A stretch of 64,000 nucleotides of DNA from Camelus ferus. Lineage: Eukaryota. The position numbers and the translations under genes were made by a program. The stretch covers positions 21,762,001 to 21,826,000 of the forward strand of contig NC_045713.1 in the NCBI RefSeq assembly GCF_009834535.1, read 5' to 3'. The notes beneath the pieces were generated by a model. The model was not told where the DNA came from. It saw only the letters and a list, made by a program, of their open reading frames with translations, and did no database searches. Numbering within the stretch: position 1 is the stretch's first letter; the number at the start of each line of letters is the position of its first letter. Shown here one piece after another: positions 11,701-24,546 of the stretch.

Positions 11701-12360
11701 CCTGCAGATCTGAAGGGTGTGGAGCACCATAGGGCGGGCAGGCCTGGGGGAGGTCCTGGGACTGGGGCTCCTGCAGAGGTTCCCTACTCTACCTGGCAGC
11801 CCCACGCCTCTGCCACAGATACTCCAGATGGCTCCTTGATGACTTGGGAGCTGAGTACAAAGTTCGGGTGCAGAGGCAACTCGGGGCTGCCAGCAAGCCT
11901 GACCTTGATGTTCTAATGGGGCCATGGCTAACAGCACCGTAAACCACTTGCAAACCACTTGCAAACCTGCCATCAGGACAGGCCAGTGGTTTAACAAATG
12001 GCTTGGAGTTGCCCCATCCAAGCTAGTTTTGTGCCCGGTGCTTGCCCCCTGAGAGCACAGACCAGTGGCCTGGCCGTCCTCCCTGGGACCCGTGGCAGAG
12101 GATGGAGCTGCTGGGCCCAGAGCCTGGTCAGGCAATAGAGGGGCTTCTCCTCTCAGCTTGCCCGCTGGTACTGCTTGGCCCACTGTCCCCACAGAGATGA
12201 AGCCTCTGGGTCACCTGCTTGGTCCTCTTGGGGCCAGGGTAGGGCCAACCTTCCATGCCTGTGGACAGATGTGTGTGCACCTGTCCTCCCGAGGTCGGAG
12301 TGTCACCACTGCAGGGCCAGGGCCTCTCTGTGACCATCTCTTTCTGCTGCCTCTTGCAGC
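8780..12360 (+). pseudogene. Decayed stereocilin-like gene (STRC/OTOA/MSLN superfamily)
   Basis: Collinear STRC-like peptides: LFWLGCF (8829-8849), GAGGAE (9166-9183), LCHQAPLW..S....QILV..FQQ (to 9422), QVLGRL..FP..QLFLEL (exon 10038-10159, AG/GT, GC3 33/40), LAACE..F (10277-10338), PQHKKDL (10838-10914), PLSCPL..ELPSL (11159-11206), GLRLL..PQ..LP (exon 11524-11695), TTAGPGPLC..LLPL (12305-12355). In-frame stops (TGA at 10832 and 11596) and frameshifts are present. Confidence 0.6.
10457..10477. repeat. (CA)n microsatellite, about 10 units
   Basis: Seen directly in the sequence. Confidence 0.9.
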
Positions 12361-13754
12361 TCCACCAGACAGGAGCAGAGGGGGAACCCCGGAGGGCTGC
12401 CAGGCTCTCCCTGGGCCCTCTTCTCTCCCAGCCTGGCCCTGCCTGCTGAGCAGGTCAAGCAGGCCTCTCATTAGTGGCTAATTGCCATGTGCATCAGGCC
12501 TCCCAGGGCTGTTGCTGGGATCACACCTGTTGACAAGATGTGGTGGCCCCAGAGGGAAGGCACTGGTGTTGATTATGCTGCTAATGATGTGCTCATTGCC
12601 CACAGTAATTCCCTTCAACAAATAAAGCATGGCTTAACCCAGGGGTGCGATCTGGCTTCACAGAGAGCATGGGGGGCTTGGTGGGGACCCCTCACGCAGC
12701 CGGGGAACAGGCCCGCGTATTTGCCTACAAAAGGCTACTTTTTCTCTCAGATTCTACAGTAAGAGGCACAGGGGCCCACTCTCACATCAGACCCACCCTA
12801 TGTGGGGTCCCCCCACCCCAGAGCTCAGAGCCTGGAGAAGACTTACAGGGCTGTGGAAGGGTCTGCAGGGACAGACCTGGAGGCTTTTTGTTTCCACATC
12901 CACTGAGATGGGGTGGGGGGAGCACGCAGGACCAGAAGAGATCTGAGGGATCTACCGAGAACCCCTGAGTGTGAAGACCTTCACCTCAAAAGGAGAACCC
13001 TAGTTGACCATCCAAACTAACAAACAACATTTCCCCTAGCCTATAAAAGGTATGGAGGTGGCCTGAGAAGGTCTGGGTATGAGGCCAACCTAGTACTTGG
13101 ACAGTTTTCTGAGGCAGGCCCCTGGGAAACGAGTCCCCTGTTCCATACGACCACGGCCACGCAGGCAGGGGCTGGCCAACCCAGCAGTCTCCCCACTCCT
13201 CCCACCTGCCACTCCTGGGCCCCTAAACTTAATGCTAGGCACCTCTTAGCAGGTGACCCCACAGTGCTGGGGACAGCAGGACGTCCCTGATAGGGGGCGT
13301 CTTGGTAGGTCCTGCGGATCACGGGCACCTTGATTCCATGGGCTGCACATGCCTGCTCCTACATCCCAGCCACTCGGAGCCCCACTTCTTTATAATTTCT
13401 TGGGGGGCCTTGACCCACAACACAGTAACATTGGAGGATGCACTAAATGTTTTGAAATTATATGTTTAGGAACATTTTTAATTTATTTTGGAAAAGACAA
13501 AATCCCTTCTAATTGTGCCCACCCTGGGTCATTTTATTCCCACTGCACACAGGCTGTCTGCCTTGAAAAGATGGCCACTGGCCCAGCCCCGGCTCTGTGG
13601 CAAAGCCCTCGAGGATGGTCCCTCCCTCCCACCTGTCCCCTGAGGGCCAACCTAGCCCAAGTAGGAGGTGGTCTATGGCCAGGTGAGACACTTCTGTTAG
13701 GCAGCTGTCCTCTGACTCCTGGAAGTCCCACAAACACTTGGACCTGTGGCCTGT

Positions 13755-14165
13755 GGCAGGCTGAATGGTGAACCCCCAGATGTTTTTCCAGCAGAACCCA
13801 TGAATCGGACCTTATTTGGAAAAAGATGCAATTAAGTCAAGGATCTCAAGAGGAGATCATCTTGGATTAGGGTGGCCCTAAATCCAACGACAAGTCCTTA
13901 TAAGATAAAAAAGGAGAGAAGACACACAGGCATCGTGTGACAATGGAGGCAGACTGGAGGGATGCAGCCCAAACCTAGGAAGGCCTGGAGACCCCAGAAG
14001 CTGGATGAGGCAGGAAGCGGCCCCCTGAAGCCTTTGGAGCAGGCATGGGCCTGCCGACACCTTGATTTCAGACTTCTTGCTTCCAGAACTGAGAGAATAC
14101 ATTTCCGTTGTTTTAAGCCCCCCAGTTGTGGTCCTTCATTCCAGCAGCCGCAGGACACTAACACA
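13755..14165 (+). mobile_element. MaLR solo LTR (MLT1-type)
   Basis: GACCTTATTTGGAAA..GAGATCATCTTGGATTAGGGTGGCCCTAAATCCAA..ACCTTGATTTCAGACTTC..CCAGAACTGAGAGAATACATTTCCGTTGTTTTAAGCC..AGCAGCCGCAGGACACTAACACA. Confidence 0.88.
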
Positions 14166-14688
14166 GGTCCAGTCCCTCGCAGGGTGAAATTCTGAGGCCA
14201 ACTGGCAGGAAGGGTCAGCAGCTCCACATACCTTGGTGGAAACCCTGCTGCTCCCATCCAGCGATCAGATGGTTGGCTTTGGCCAGAGTGGATCTTGTGG
14301 GCATGTCCAGAGCAAGCAGAGGCTGAGCTCTGCACCTGCTCTAGTTCACGGAAAGGGATACCCACACACAGCCACAGCGTCAGGACAGCTGCACAGGCCC
14401 ACCAGCCTGGGCTTAGGAGCTCCGGCCCCTCCCTGTGTCCTCATCTGGCCCTTGCGTTCCCCTACGTGTGTAAACTCTGGTATTGCACATGGGAAGTGCA
14501 TGGTGAAAACTTGATAATGATGATGATGAAACAATTTGCAAAACGTGAGAGCGGGCACACCAGAGGCAAGGTGTAATGCTGGCATAAGAGCTGAGGGTCT
14601 CTAGGGACAGACATGGCTGTGAGTTAATAAAAGACCCTCAAGGGGCTGAAAAGTCCCCAATCCTGGCTCCACCCAGAGCAGGCAGGAG

Positions 14689-14835
14689 NNNNNNNNNNNN
14701 NNNNNNNNNNNNNNNNNNNNNNNNNNNNNNNNNNNNNNNNNNNNNNNNNNNNNNNNNNNNNNNNNNNNNNNNNNNNNNNNNNNNNNNNNNNNNNNNNNNN
14801 NNNNNNNNNNNNNNNNNNNNNNNNNNNNNNNNNNN
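14689..14835. other. Assembly gap (N run)
   Basis: Run of N. Confidence 1.
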
Positions 14836-15009
14836 GTGAGAGCTCTGTTTTTTTTTAACCAGAAACTGACTCTGGTAGTCACCCAGGCACTCCTTCAGGG
14901 ACAGTTCGGCCAATGGCTTGAAACTGGACAGACCAGGGTGTACTTACTGCCTGGGCCTCTCAGGAACACCTTGGAGTCGCCAGCTTGAGTGGCAGCCTCT
15001 AGCCCTGTC

Positions 15010-15585
15010 GTTTTTAAATAGTTTCATTGAGGTATAAATTCACATACCATTCAATTTGCCCACTTAAAGTGTGCAACTCAATGGTTTTTAATATATTACA
15101 TTACTAATTTTCAAATTATGTAACAAGGTGAGGGAAAGTAATAGCTCAGTGGTAGATGCATTTTTAGCATGCAGGGGTCCTGGGTTCAATCCCCAGTACC
15201 TCCATTAAAAAATATGTAACAAAATTTGCCACTGTAACCATTTCTAAGTGTACACTTTAGTGGCATTAGTTACATTCACAACGTTGTGCAAACATCACCA
15301 CCAACTATTTCCAAAACTGAAACCCCCCTCCCAAGGCCCTGGTGGCCTCTAATCTACTTTCTGTCTCTATGGATTTGTCTGTTCTGCATGTTTCACAGGA
15401 GTGGAATCACATACTAGTGGTGTTTTGTGCCTGGCTTCTCTCGCTGAACATCGTGTCTTCAGGGTGCATCTACATTATAGCGTGTCCATTCTTCGTCCTT
15501 CTATAGCTGAATGATAGTCCGTCGTGTGTATAGACCACATTCCTTTATCCACATCTACTGATGGACATGGGCTGTTTCCACCTTT
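15010..15585 (-). mobile_element. LINE-1 3' end fragment (L1M-type), antisense
   Basis: TTCATTGAGGTATAAATTCACATACCAT..CCCTGGTGGCCTCTAATCTACTTTCTGTCTCTATGGATTTG..TTTATCCACATCTACTGATGGACATGGGCTGTTTCCAC. Confidence 0.85.
15127..15212 (+). mobile_element. tRNA-derived SINE (camelid Vic-1-like) inserted in L1
   Basis: TAGCTCAGTGGTAGA..GGTCCTGGGTTCAATCCCCAGTACCTCCATTAAAAAA, flanked by a TATGTAACAA duplication. Confidence 0.85.
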
Positions 15586-16529
15586 TGTCTAGCCCCTACC
15601 TTTGCTCCACTGGTTCTGGGGAAACGAAGACTGAAACCACTCTACACATCAGGCTCTCCCCCTCCAGCATTGGAAGAACCTCCAACCTCAACCAGAGCCC
15701 CTTCTGCTGTAAACCCTCTCCACTACCCCAGCCTAACCAACCCTCATCCTGCCCCCAAATCCCAACAGCACTTGCTATTCTCACACGTATTTTGTAACCT
15801 CCCCCAGGGCATTTCAGTGAAACTAAGTTCTTTTTGTACTTGTCTGGTTCTAATAATGAGTGAGATCGTTGAGATTCCAGGCATTGTACCCCAGACCTTG
15901 GTCAGATATTGCCAGGATAGGGCGTGCTGGGGCTTGGAAGCCCACCAGACACAGCCTCTGGGGAAAGCCCCTCTCGCTGCTGAGAAGGAAGTTTCTGTCC
16001 TGGAAGCCAGGAGGAACAGCTGCAGGTGCCAGCTGGTGGGCCTCAGTTAACCCCACAGTTAACCCCTAGGCAGGTGGAGAGTTACCAGGTAGAGTCAAGG
16101 AGAGGACAAGAACCACAAGAAGAGCATAGGCTGGGATGGGCCCCCTAGAATGTGAGATTGTGCCTAGCCAGTATTCTGGGGCTGAGCCTACCAGGGCACC
16201 TTCAGGGTTAGGCCGAGGTGGGGCCTGGAGATGTGCCAGACTCCACCACTGGAGTTTTCTGCAATGCCGCAATAAGAAGTCATTAAATGTATATGATGAC
16301 TCGAGAATTGAGTCCAGCAGGCAGCAGTCCTGTCTCAGGTTATGAAATCATACAGGAAATGAAGTTTTCTCAGGCTGGTCCCCGAAATAACCAGACTCTC
16401 CCCACCTCCCCCAGAATTCTGGGCTCTGCACTAGGTTGCAGCCTTGGGAGGAACTTTTCCTCATTCCTATCACTCTCATTTTCTTCCCTCTTCAACAGAA
16501 CTGGGGGCCCCTGTATGCCTGGGGCCCTT

Positions 16530-17220
16530 CTGGGTTCTTGGGCTGCGCCCGGGACTACTTCTGCAAGCTCCCGAAGCGGAGATGCCGGGGCCGCACACCT
16601 GATCGTCAGGTGAGCCCGGGACCGCCCAGGAGGCGCCTCCCTCTCCCGCCGCCCCGCCGCCCCTCCACCCTTATGGCGGGGAAGGTGAGAGGCTCCCGGG
16701 CCCGCCAGCAGGAGACGCGCGCCGCACAGGGGCCCAGTCCCGGGGCCTGATGCGCATGCGCCGCACTGGCGCTTTCCGGCAGCGTGGCGGAACCACCTCA
16801 CCGTTTCGCGACGTTTGGCGACCCCTGTGTGCGGAAGCCGGCGGCAGTGTGGCGCCATGGCGTCGCCTTTTAGCGGGGCGCTGCAGCTGACGGACCTCGA
16901 CGACTTCATCGCGCCATCTCAGGTGGGCGGGCCGGGCGGCGGTCGTGCGCGGGGAGGCCCCCCCCACCGCAGTGTCACCCCTGAGAGAGGGGCTCGGAAG
17001 CCGGGCTGTTGGGCCGTGCAGCCCCGGGGCGACCGCGTCCGCTTCCATGGCGGGCATGGCAACAGGAGTCACCTAGCTGGGGTGGCGAACTCAGGAGTGG
17101 GGCCGGGGAGACCCTACCAGGCTTCTCTGGCCGGATTCTTGCGTGTGAGCGGGGTGGGACGGCCCCACCCAGCTGCGAGGGCAGGGGAGGTGGTCGTCGG
17201 TGTCGCCTTCGAGGAGTAAG
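16530..17220 (+). promoter_or_regulatory. CIAO3 CpG-island promoter with NRF1 and ETS motifs
   Basis: CpG-dense. TGCGCATGCGCC at 16751-16762 and GCGGAAGC at ~16831, just upstream of the ATG at 16857. Confidence 0.75.
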
Positions 17221-20200
17221 GCAGAGCTTGCCCCTAAAGGGAACGGGATAGCTGCACTTGAAAGGTGGCCGCCTTTATCTGGTGTACCTGCTTATCGATT
17301 GCTACCAGCCATCCAGAACCAGGGCTCTGAGGGCCATAGTTAAGGAGTCCCAGAAGGAGGGGGCAGAGCTGGAGCACCGCACCAGAGCACCGCAGCAGGG
17401 AGAAGACAGGCCTCCCGCCAAGGCTTCCTGGGGCTGGTCGTTTTTGGGAATGCGATGGCCAGGGAGGTTCTCCAAGTGCTGAGAGAGACAGCGGGAACTT
17501 AAGGAGGTAGGGAGAGAAAGGAACTTTCTTCCAGGAACTGGGCTGGGAGGTGACCTCCAAGCAAAACTTTCCTTCTGTCCCCTTGGCTTCCTCTCAGTAG
17601 CCAGTGAAACACTGGCCACTGGTCCTCTGTGCAGTGCCATGCCACCCATTGACACTGAGGAAGGGTGAAGGGTCGGGGTTGGCTGTCTGCAGACAGGTTG
17701 GCGTACAGACCCACTTAGCGCTGCCTCCATCTGATTGTGACCTGCAGAGTGACCCTTAGTGTAGGTGGGGTGTGAACGTAAGTAGCCACACTGCCAAGAC
17801 TGCTTCTGTGGCAGGAAGACTGGAATCGGGGCAGAGCCTTTGTCCCCCGCAGCAGTGGTGTGGCCATCAGGCTGCCCCTCTTCCTGTGGAACCTTTGCAC
17901 ACTCAGGTCCCCGTTTGCAATCTCTTACTGGTGTAGGACTGCATCAAGCCCATGAAAGTGGATAAGAGGCCAGGAAGCGGCATGGCCAAGATCCACATCG
18001 AGGATGATGGGAGTTACTTCCAAGTCAGTCAGGTGAGTTCCAGCTCAGGTGATTGAAACACATTTCGTTGCTCCATCCGATGACAAGTGCAGTGACCGTG
18101 GGACCCTCCACCTCCCACCAGTCTTTTCTCACTAGTCAAATTCATTGACTGCCAGGGAGGCTGGGAGAGATGGGAACCCTCGGGGATGGTGGGGAAAGAG
18201 AACAGAGGCTGAACATGGAGCAGAGATGGCAGTTCCCATGCTTCTCTCCCTCTCTGTCTGAATTCTAATTGTGTGAGATTTTCTAGTCCAGGTCACTTGT
18301 TCTTAATGAATACCTACTTCCTGTGTGATTTAACAATGACAAGATCCTATTCTATCAGTGCTAAAATTTACCCCAACTCTTTGCCATCTGAATTCTCAAG
18401 AACATCCATTGCCATCCCATGGACCAGAGGCACCAGGCTCACCGGCCCAGGGACCCCTCCCAAGCAGGGGAAGAGCTACAGGATGGCTCATGGTGGGGCC
18501 AGACAAGTGGGATCCCAAGGTCATGGGGAAAGAGCCACTGTCTACTTAGTCCAGGAGGGTGACCCAGCAGCACACCATGGGTCCCACCCAATCCTGGCAC
18601 AGCACGGGGACCCAGGGTAGGTGAGAGTGCCAGTGAGCCCTGCTTCAGGGCAGCAGTGGTTGATCTGGAGAGAAGTCAGAAGCACACCAGCCTCCTGCTC
18701 AGCACAGCGTCACAGTCTGGGCCTTCAGGCCCATCCAACTTGGGAAAAGGCATTGAACTCAAGTTGTGGCTTAGGTGCATAGTGAGGCCTAGTGAGCTGG
18801 GCTGGAAGGGAGTTCTAGTCTCCTTCAGCCCTTAGGTCACATTCTGGGCCCCTGAAGCTCACCTGGCCCTGGCTCAGATCTTTCCTGCGTGTGAAGCGGG
18901 AGTAAAGGGGTTTTGCTGGGATCACTTGCATCTAAGAAGAGTTGCTGCGTGTCAGCCTGGAGGCCTTGAACACCAAGTTCTGGAACTGTCTGGCTGAGTC
19001 TGATGTGAGTGCCCCTCATGTCCCTCTTGCACTCCACACTCCTCCAAGTGCCAACATTTGGCGGGCACAGCCCAGCAGGGCACAAGCTCCCACCATCTCC
19101 TGTCTCTGCCCCCTCCTCGTCCTTGTGTCCTTTCTTCCTTCATCTACACCCTGGCCTTTCTCCTCCTCCTCTTAGAGCCTGGCCTTTGGCATTTTCCTGT
19201 CTCCACAGCCCCATGAGTACAGCCTGGGGACCAACGACCCTCCAAGACCTCTGTGACCAGCCAGCTGCTTCTCTGTAGATTTAATGCTTGAGGCCTCCTT
19301 AGTGTGATTCTGACATGCCAGCCAAGTTTGTACCAAAGTTAGAATTTGGTGCCACTATGAAAATCTAGAATGTGTATAAATATTTCTGTAGTAAATATTT
19401 AATTTCTAAAATTTTAGTGGGCACATAAAGCCATTCAGCTACCCCATTGGTTGTCAGTGTTGTGAGCCAGAGAATGAAGGTTTCCTGTGGGTTCCATTAC
19501 CCTGAGCTCCACCGCGCCATGTCTTCATGCAGCAGGGCTCTTGGTGTACCGAGTTCTCTTGCTTCCAGGACGGAGGGACTAGGAGGCTAGAGAAGGCCAA
19601 GATCTCGTTGGATGACTGCCTGGCGTGTAGTGGCTGTGTCACCTCGGCAGAGACCGTGCTCATCACTCAGCAGAGCCACGAGGAGCTGCAGAAGGTTCTA
19701 GGTGCTAATGAGGTAAGCAGTGGGTGGTCCTCAGGACTCTGCTATAACCCGACATCAGCCCCAGCCTCGCTTGCTCGTGTTGTCCGAGCAGCTCATCTCC
19801 TGGTGACTCTTGGCATCTTTAAGTCTCATCAGTGGGATCTCAGTGAATTACTGGTCAGTATTCCATTGTTGAGGTACTAGCCCTAAATGTTAGGTTCTCT
19901 GTGTACACAAAAATGACATGCCTTGATTGAGTTAGGGTCTGGTCTTGTCAGCCCTGGCCCACTGGGAGTCTGTAAAACACACAGAGTGAGTGGCATGTCC
20001 CTTGCTTTGCAGATAGCGGCACCTGGTCAGCAGAGGCTGGTTGTCATCTCGGTCTCACCCCAGTCCAGAGCATCACTGGCTGCGAGATTTCAGCTAAATC
20101 CTACAGACACTGCCAGGAAATTAACTGCATTCTTTAAAAAAATAGGTGGGTGCTGAACCTTGGGTGAGCACTCCAGCTTGGACACAAGGCTGAGGGGGCG

Positions 20201-23200
20201 GTCTTCACACCTCTGGTCTTTGGACCTAAACGTATCAGAAACCCTATTTGAAGTTGACTTTAGCTTAAAGTTTTGATGATTGAGAGCAGTGCCTTTTAAG
20301 AGAAAACTGTCTGAATTCTGATGTTGCACTTCTGCGAGTCTGGAATTCACTCCCTCCTTGTGTTTTTTAAAAATTATCACCATCAAGGAGCATTTCCCAG
20401 GTCTGAGCTGGGTTCTGGCTCAGAAAAAAATAAAGGTTGGTTGACCTCTTTATGCCGGGAGCTGGCTGGGAGAGTGTGGGGAGGCTGTGGCATAGGCTCC
20501 TGTCCTGGACACCGTGTAGGGTATGGCCTGGTCCTGGTGGCCACTGAGCTCAGAGGAGGTGAGCCCCAAGGAATCCAGGCTGGCCACAATGCCAGCGGGT
20601 CCTGTGACACTCCTGGGGGGCATGGTTGGCAGCACCTCACACTCCGGGTGTCCTTCTTAGGGGTGAGGTGGTGCTCTCCTTCCAGGGGCACACTATGTGT
20701 TTGATACCGCCTTCTCACGGAACTTCAGTCTCCTTGAGAGCCAGCGAGAGTTTGTGCAGCGATTCCGAGAACAGGCGGACTCCAGGCAGGCCTTGCCTGT
20801 GCTGACTTCCGCCTGCCCAGGTGTGTGCACACTGGGGACAGGATGTTGACACCTGGATGTGGGTGACGGGAGTGCTGGGGGGTGGGAGGAGCCCAAGAGT
20901 CACCTGCAGTCACTTCAGTTCCCTGAGGAGTGATTGCAGGGATGCTAGAGACGTGACAGGGACAGCAGAGTGGGGCCATTCCTCGGGGACCCTGACTCCT
21001 TGTGCAAGTGTGTCTACCCCCAGAACCTTCACGTCACAGCCCCATGTGCTCCCCATGTCGGCCTCAGGCTGGATCTGCTACGCCGAGAAGACCCATGGGA
21101 GCTTCCTCCTCCCTTACATTAGCACTGCCCGGTCCCCGCAGCAGGTCATGGGCTCCCTGGTCAAGGACTTCTTCGCCCAGCAACAGGTAATGGGAACCCT
21201 GCTGCTGTTGAGAGTCTGTGTTGTTTCCTTAAAAGTGAGTTCATGGACCCACACGCCAAACTGTGTTCCCTGCTGTGCCTGTGCTGTCACCCCTGCCTCA
21301 GCCTGGCCTCTTTGCTGCCCGGGTCGGGCAGCTGCTCCACAGTCGCGTTTCTCCATGCAGCGTTTGACCCCTGACAAGATCTACCACGTGACGGTGATGC
21401 CCTGCTATGACAAAAAGCTGGAAGCTTCCAGACCCGACTTTTTCAGCCAGGAACACCAGTCGCGCGATGTGGATTGTGTCATCACAACAGGTGCAGATCC
21501 CTGAGCCCAGCTGGTGCTGTGTCCCCAGTGCAGGCCCTGGCACAGCCCCTCTGGCTCACGTCGGTCACCCCATCTCTGAGTTGAGCAGCCTCACAGGCTC
21601 TCAAGTGCTTAAAAGGCAGAGAAATGAACACCCTTCCAGCAGCCAGATAGCTTGAGGGATGGTTGCCCTCCAGGGACACAGTGCCCTGCCCATCTCCAGG
21701 CGCACTGTGAGGCGCCCAGGGGACGGTGCATCCACCCTGCCTCTGTGGCTGGGTTCAGCCTCTACCCACGAGCCAGGGGTGGACACGTGGCCTCTGTGTC
21801 CAGGTCACAGATTGCTGTGGATGCAGGTGACGTGGGTGTTCTTGAACTGACTCTTGTTTTCCTTGAGATTCAGCTGAAGAGCGTGTTCTGTGGTTTCATC
21901 ACAGGAGAAGTTTTGAAGCTGCTGGAAGAGGAAGGAGTCTCACTGTCAGACCTGGAGCCAGCTCCCCTGGACAGTCTGTGAGTTACCACCTGCCACGGTG
22001 GAGGGGCAGGAAGTATTTCCAGCATCAGGGTGCTCAAGACATTAGGGTCATGGGTGTCCTGGTGGGCAGATGTGACAATGTGGGGCTAGGCACTGTCCCT
22101 TCCTGCCTTCTCTGCTATGTCTCCTTTCTGATTGGTTTTGCTTCTGCCTCGTGGTATGTCTCGGTGTCCACAGAGACAGTTGAGTTCATGAGACAGGCCT
22201 GTGGACAATTGGCTGATAGTCATCAGAGCTGACCCCAACTTCATACAGGTCTCAGCTCCCCAGAACAGGTGACATGACGGAGGGGACAGCCCTTTCCCCA
22301 TGAGCTGCCTCCTGACAGGGCCACAAAGCCCCTGTGGTCCATGACTCATTTTCCACTTAGAAAGCAAATGCTCTCAAACGTGAGAGACAGAGGTTACCCA
22401 GAAGCCTCAGCAGACAGCAGCCCCACTACCACCTGAGGCCATGCCCTCCTCCCCAGGTACAGCAGCGTGTCCCCCCAGGAGCCCACCAGCCATCGGGGTG
22501 GGGGCTCAGGGGGCTACCTGGAGCACGTGTTCCGGCATGCGGCCCAGGAGCTCTTTGGAATCCACGTGACTGAGGTCACCTACAGACCCCTGAGGTCAGT
22601 GGCAAAAGCTGGAGCTTGGGGAACGGGGCAGCTGGAGCTCCAGGTCCCCTCACTGCAGTAGGCATGGAGGAGGATATCAGGGTGGGCTTGGCGTGGACCT
22701 TGGGGCACCAGGAAGCTCACATGAAAGGGCCAAAGTCTCTAGTCCTCAGTCTCCTCATCGTAGGAGTCGATGTCCTTGCCCACAGCATGGTGGCCCAGGG
22801 CCCTGAGCAGCCCGTGGTGGCAGGATGGTGTTCCTGGCACAGGGTGTGTCCCCATGTCCTCGGTGGGAGGGCTGGGGCCTCCATGTCAGACCAGGAAACC
22901 AAGGCTGGGTGTAAGGTCACCCGCCCAGCTCGTGGAAGTGAGTTTTCTACCCTCCCCTGTCACTGTCCCGACCCAGGAGGGACTGGGCACACTGTGTGGA
23001 CAACCGGGTCTGTGCTCCCCCAGGAACAAGGACCTGCAGGAGGTGACTCTGGAGAGGGAGGGTCAGGTCCTGCTGCACTTTGCTGTGGCCTATGGCTTCC
23101 GCAACATCCAGAACCTGGTGCAGAAACTCAAGCGGGGGCGCTGCCCATACCACTACGTGGAGGTCATGGCCTGCCCCGCAGGTGCGCAGACAGGGTGGGG

Positions 23201-23508
23201 CCCTCTGGGACCCCCAGGTGACGATGCCCTTCCCATGACCATACTCTTGCCTGTCCTTCTCTGCCACAGGCTGCTTGAATGGCGGAGGCCAGCTCAAGGC
23301 TCCCGACAGGCCTGGCAAGGAGCTCCTGCAGCAGGTTGAGAGGCTGTACAGCATGGTCAGGACAGAGGTGCCAGAGGAAGCGCCCGGGATCCAGGAGCTG
23401 TATGGGCACTGGCTGCAGGGTGAGGGCTCAGAGAGGGCCAGCCGCCTGCTGCACACAAGCTACCACGCAGTGGAGAAGGCTGGCTCTGGCCTTAGCATCA
23501 GGTGGTAG
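16857..23508 (+). CDS. CIAO3: Cytosolic iron-sulfur assembly component 3 (NARFL/IOP1; FeFe-hydrogenase-like), 476 aa
   Basis: Exons 16857-16922, 17937-18032, 19569-19712, 20013-20145, 20686-20820, 21068-21186, 21361-21490, 21905-21977, 22457-22594, 23024-23181 and 23270-23508 total 1431 nt. All are GT-AG. Motifs [42 protein letters not shown] and [15 protein letters not shown] are present. Confidence 0.98.
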
Positions 23509-24351
23509 GAGCCCTCCAGTGTCTGCCGGGCCCACCGCAGCCAGTACCAGGATTCCCAGCAAGGCGTGTGGAGTCTCCAGCAGGGAAGTCACTCCAAGAC
23601 CCCAGGCTTGCCCTGAAAATGCTGGGTGAGCTGCGGGGACATTGGAACCCACATAGAAATGGGATTCAGGACCCACAGTCAGTAAAGTTGACCTCCAGCC
23701 TGCGCTCACCTGGACTCTGCACTGCAGGGGCCTGGAGGTTTCACCAACTTCTGGAACCTCTCTATGGGCCTGGAGCCCAGATCAGTGCTCTGGCTCCTGG
23801 CTGTGGTGGCCTGAGCTGTGAGGGTTTCAGCTAGTCCCATAGGGAGCTTAAGGCAGAGCAAGAGGGGGGTTCCTCATCCCTCACTTCCAGAGTCACTCCA
23901 AGTTGGGATATGGAGGGTGGTAACAGGCTGAACCTGCCCAGCTGGTTGAGCTCACAGCAGAGCGGGGGAACTCTGCCACACTGGGCAGCAGAGAACACTA
24001 GGCTGGAGACAGGCACCTGGTCCATGACACCCTACCTGGGCATGGGTCCCCCTGACCCCCATCTAGAACCAGGTGTTCTACAAGCTGTGGCCTCTGGGGC
24101 CTGAGAACCTGCATTTTGGGGGCTGAGTCCTTGTGGGAGGCAGGCTCTGTTAGTGTCAGGCCTTAGTGGTCTTTCAGGCTGAGTCCTATGTCCACAGCTG
24201 GATCCCCACGTACAGGACAGGGGGTGGGCCAATTGGGTTCAGCCAGCCAAGCTTGCCCCCAAGGAGCTCATCTCTAGTAAAGGGAACTCTATCTGAAAAC
24301 TGCTTCTCTCCAAGAGTGTCTGCCACCATCAAGAAAGAGGCCTTTCAAAGC

Positions 24352-24357
24352 TTTATT
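24352..24357 (-). terminator. Probable HAGHL polyadenylation signal
   Basis: AATAAA on the minus strand, about 190 nt downstream of the stop. Confidence 0.6.
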
Positions 24358-24546
24358 CATAAGTTCAGGAGCCCAGTGCACCCCAGTAGGCTGCCTCCCA
24401 AATATCCAGGTCTTGGAACTCACTGTAGCCCAGAGAGCGGTCTGGGTGTCCACCGCCAGGAAGTGCCAGAATGCCCACCCTCTGAGGCTGGGCAGGGTTG
24501 AGACAGGTTGAGAGAGGAGGGACGTGTGGCCTGGCCTGTGCAGGGC

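Noticed and set aside
11941-11967. 11-bp tandem AAACCACTTGC repeat
   Set aside because: It has only about 2.5 units and no supporting context.
12735-12764. Possible 8-nt micro-exon (tttttctctcag|ATTCTACA|gtaaga)
   Set aside because: The splice signals are good, but there is no link to a known transcript or to the STRC-like peptides, and such patterns occur by chance.
6442-15212. Three tRNA-like sequences with A and B boxes
   Set aside because: They have A-rich tails and target-site duplications and do not form complete cloverleaves. They are SINEs, not tRNA genes.
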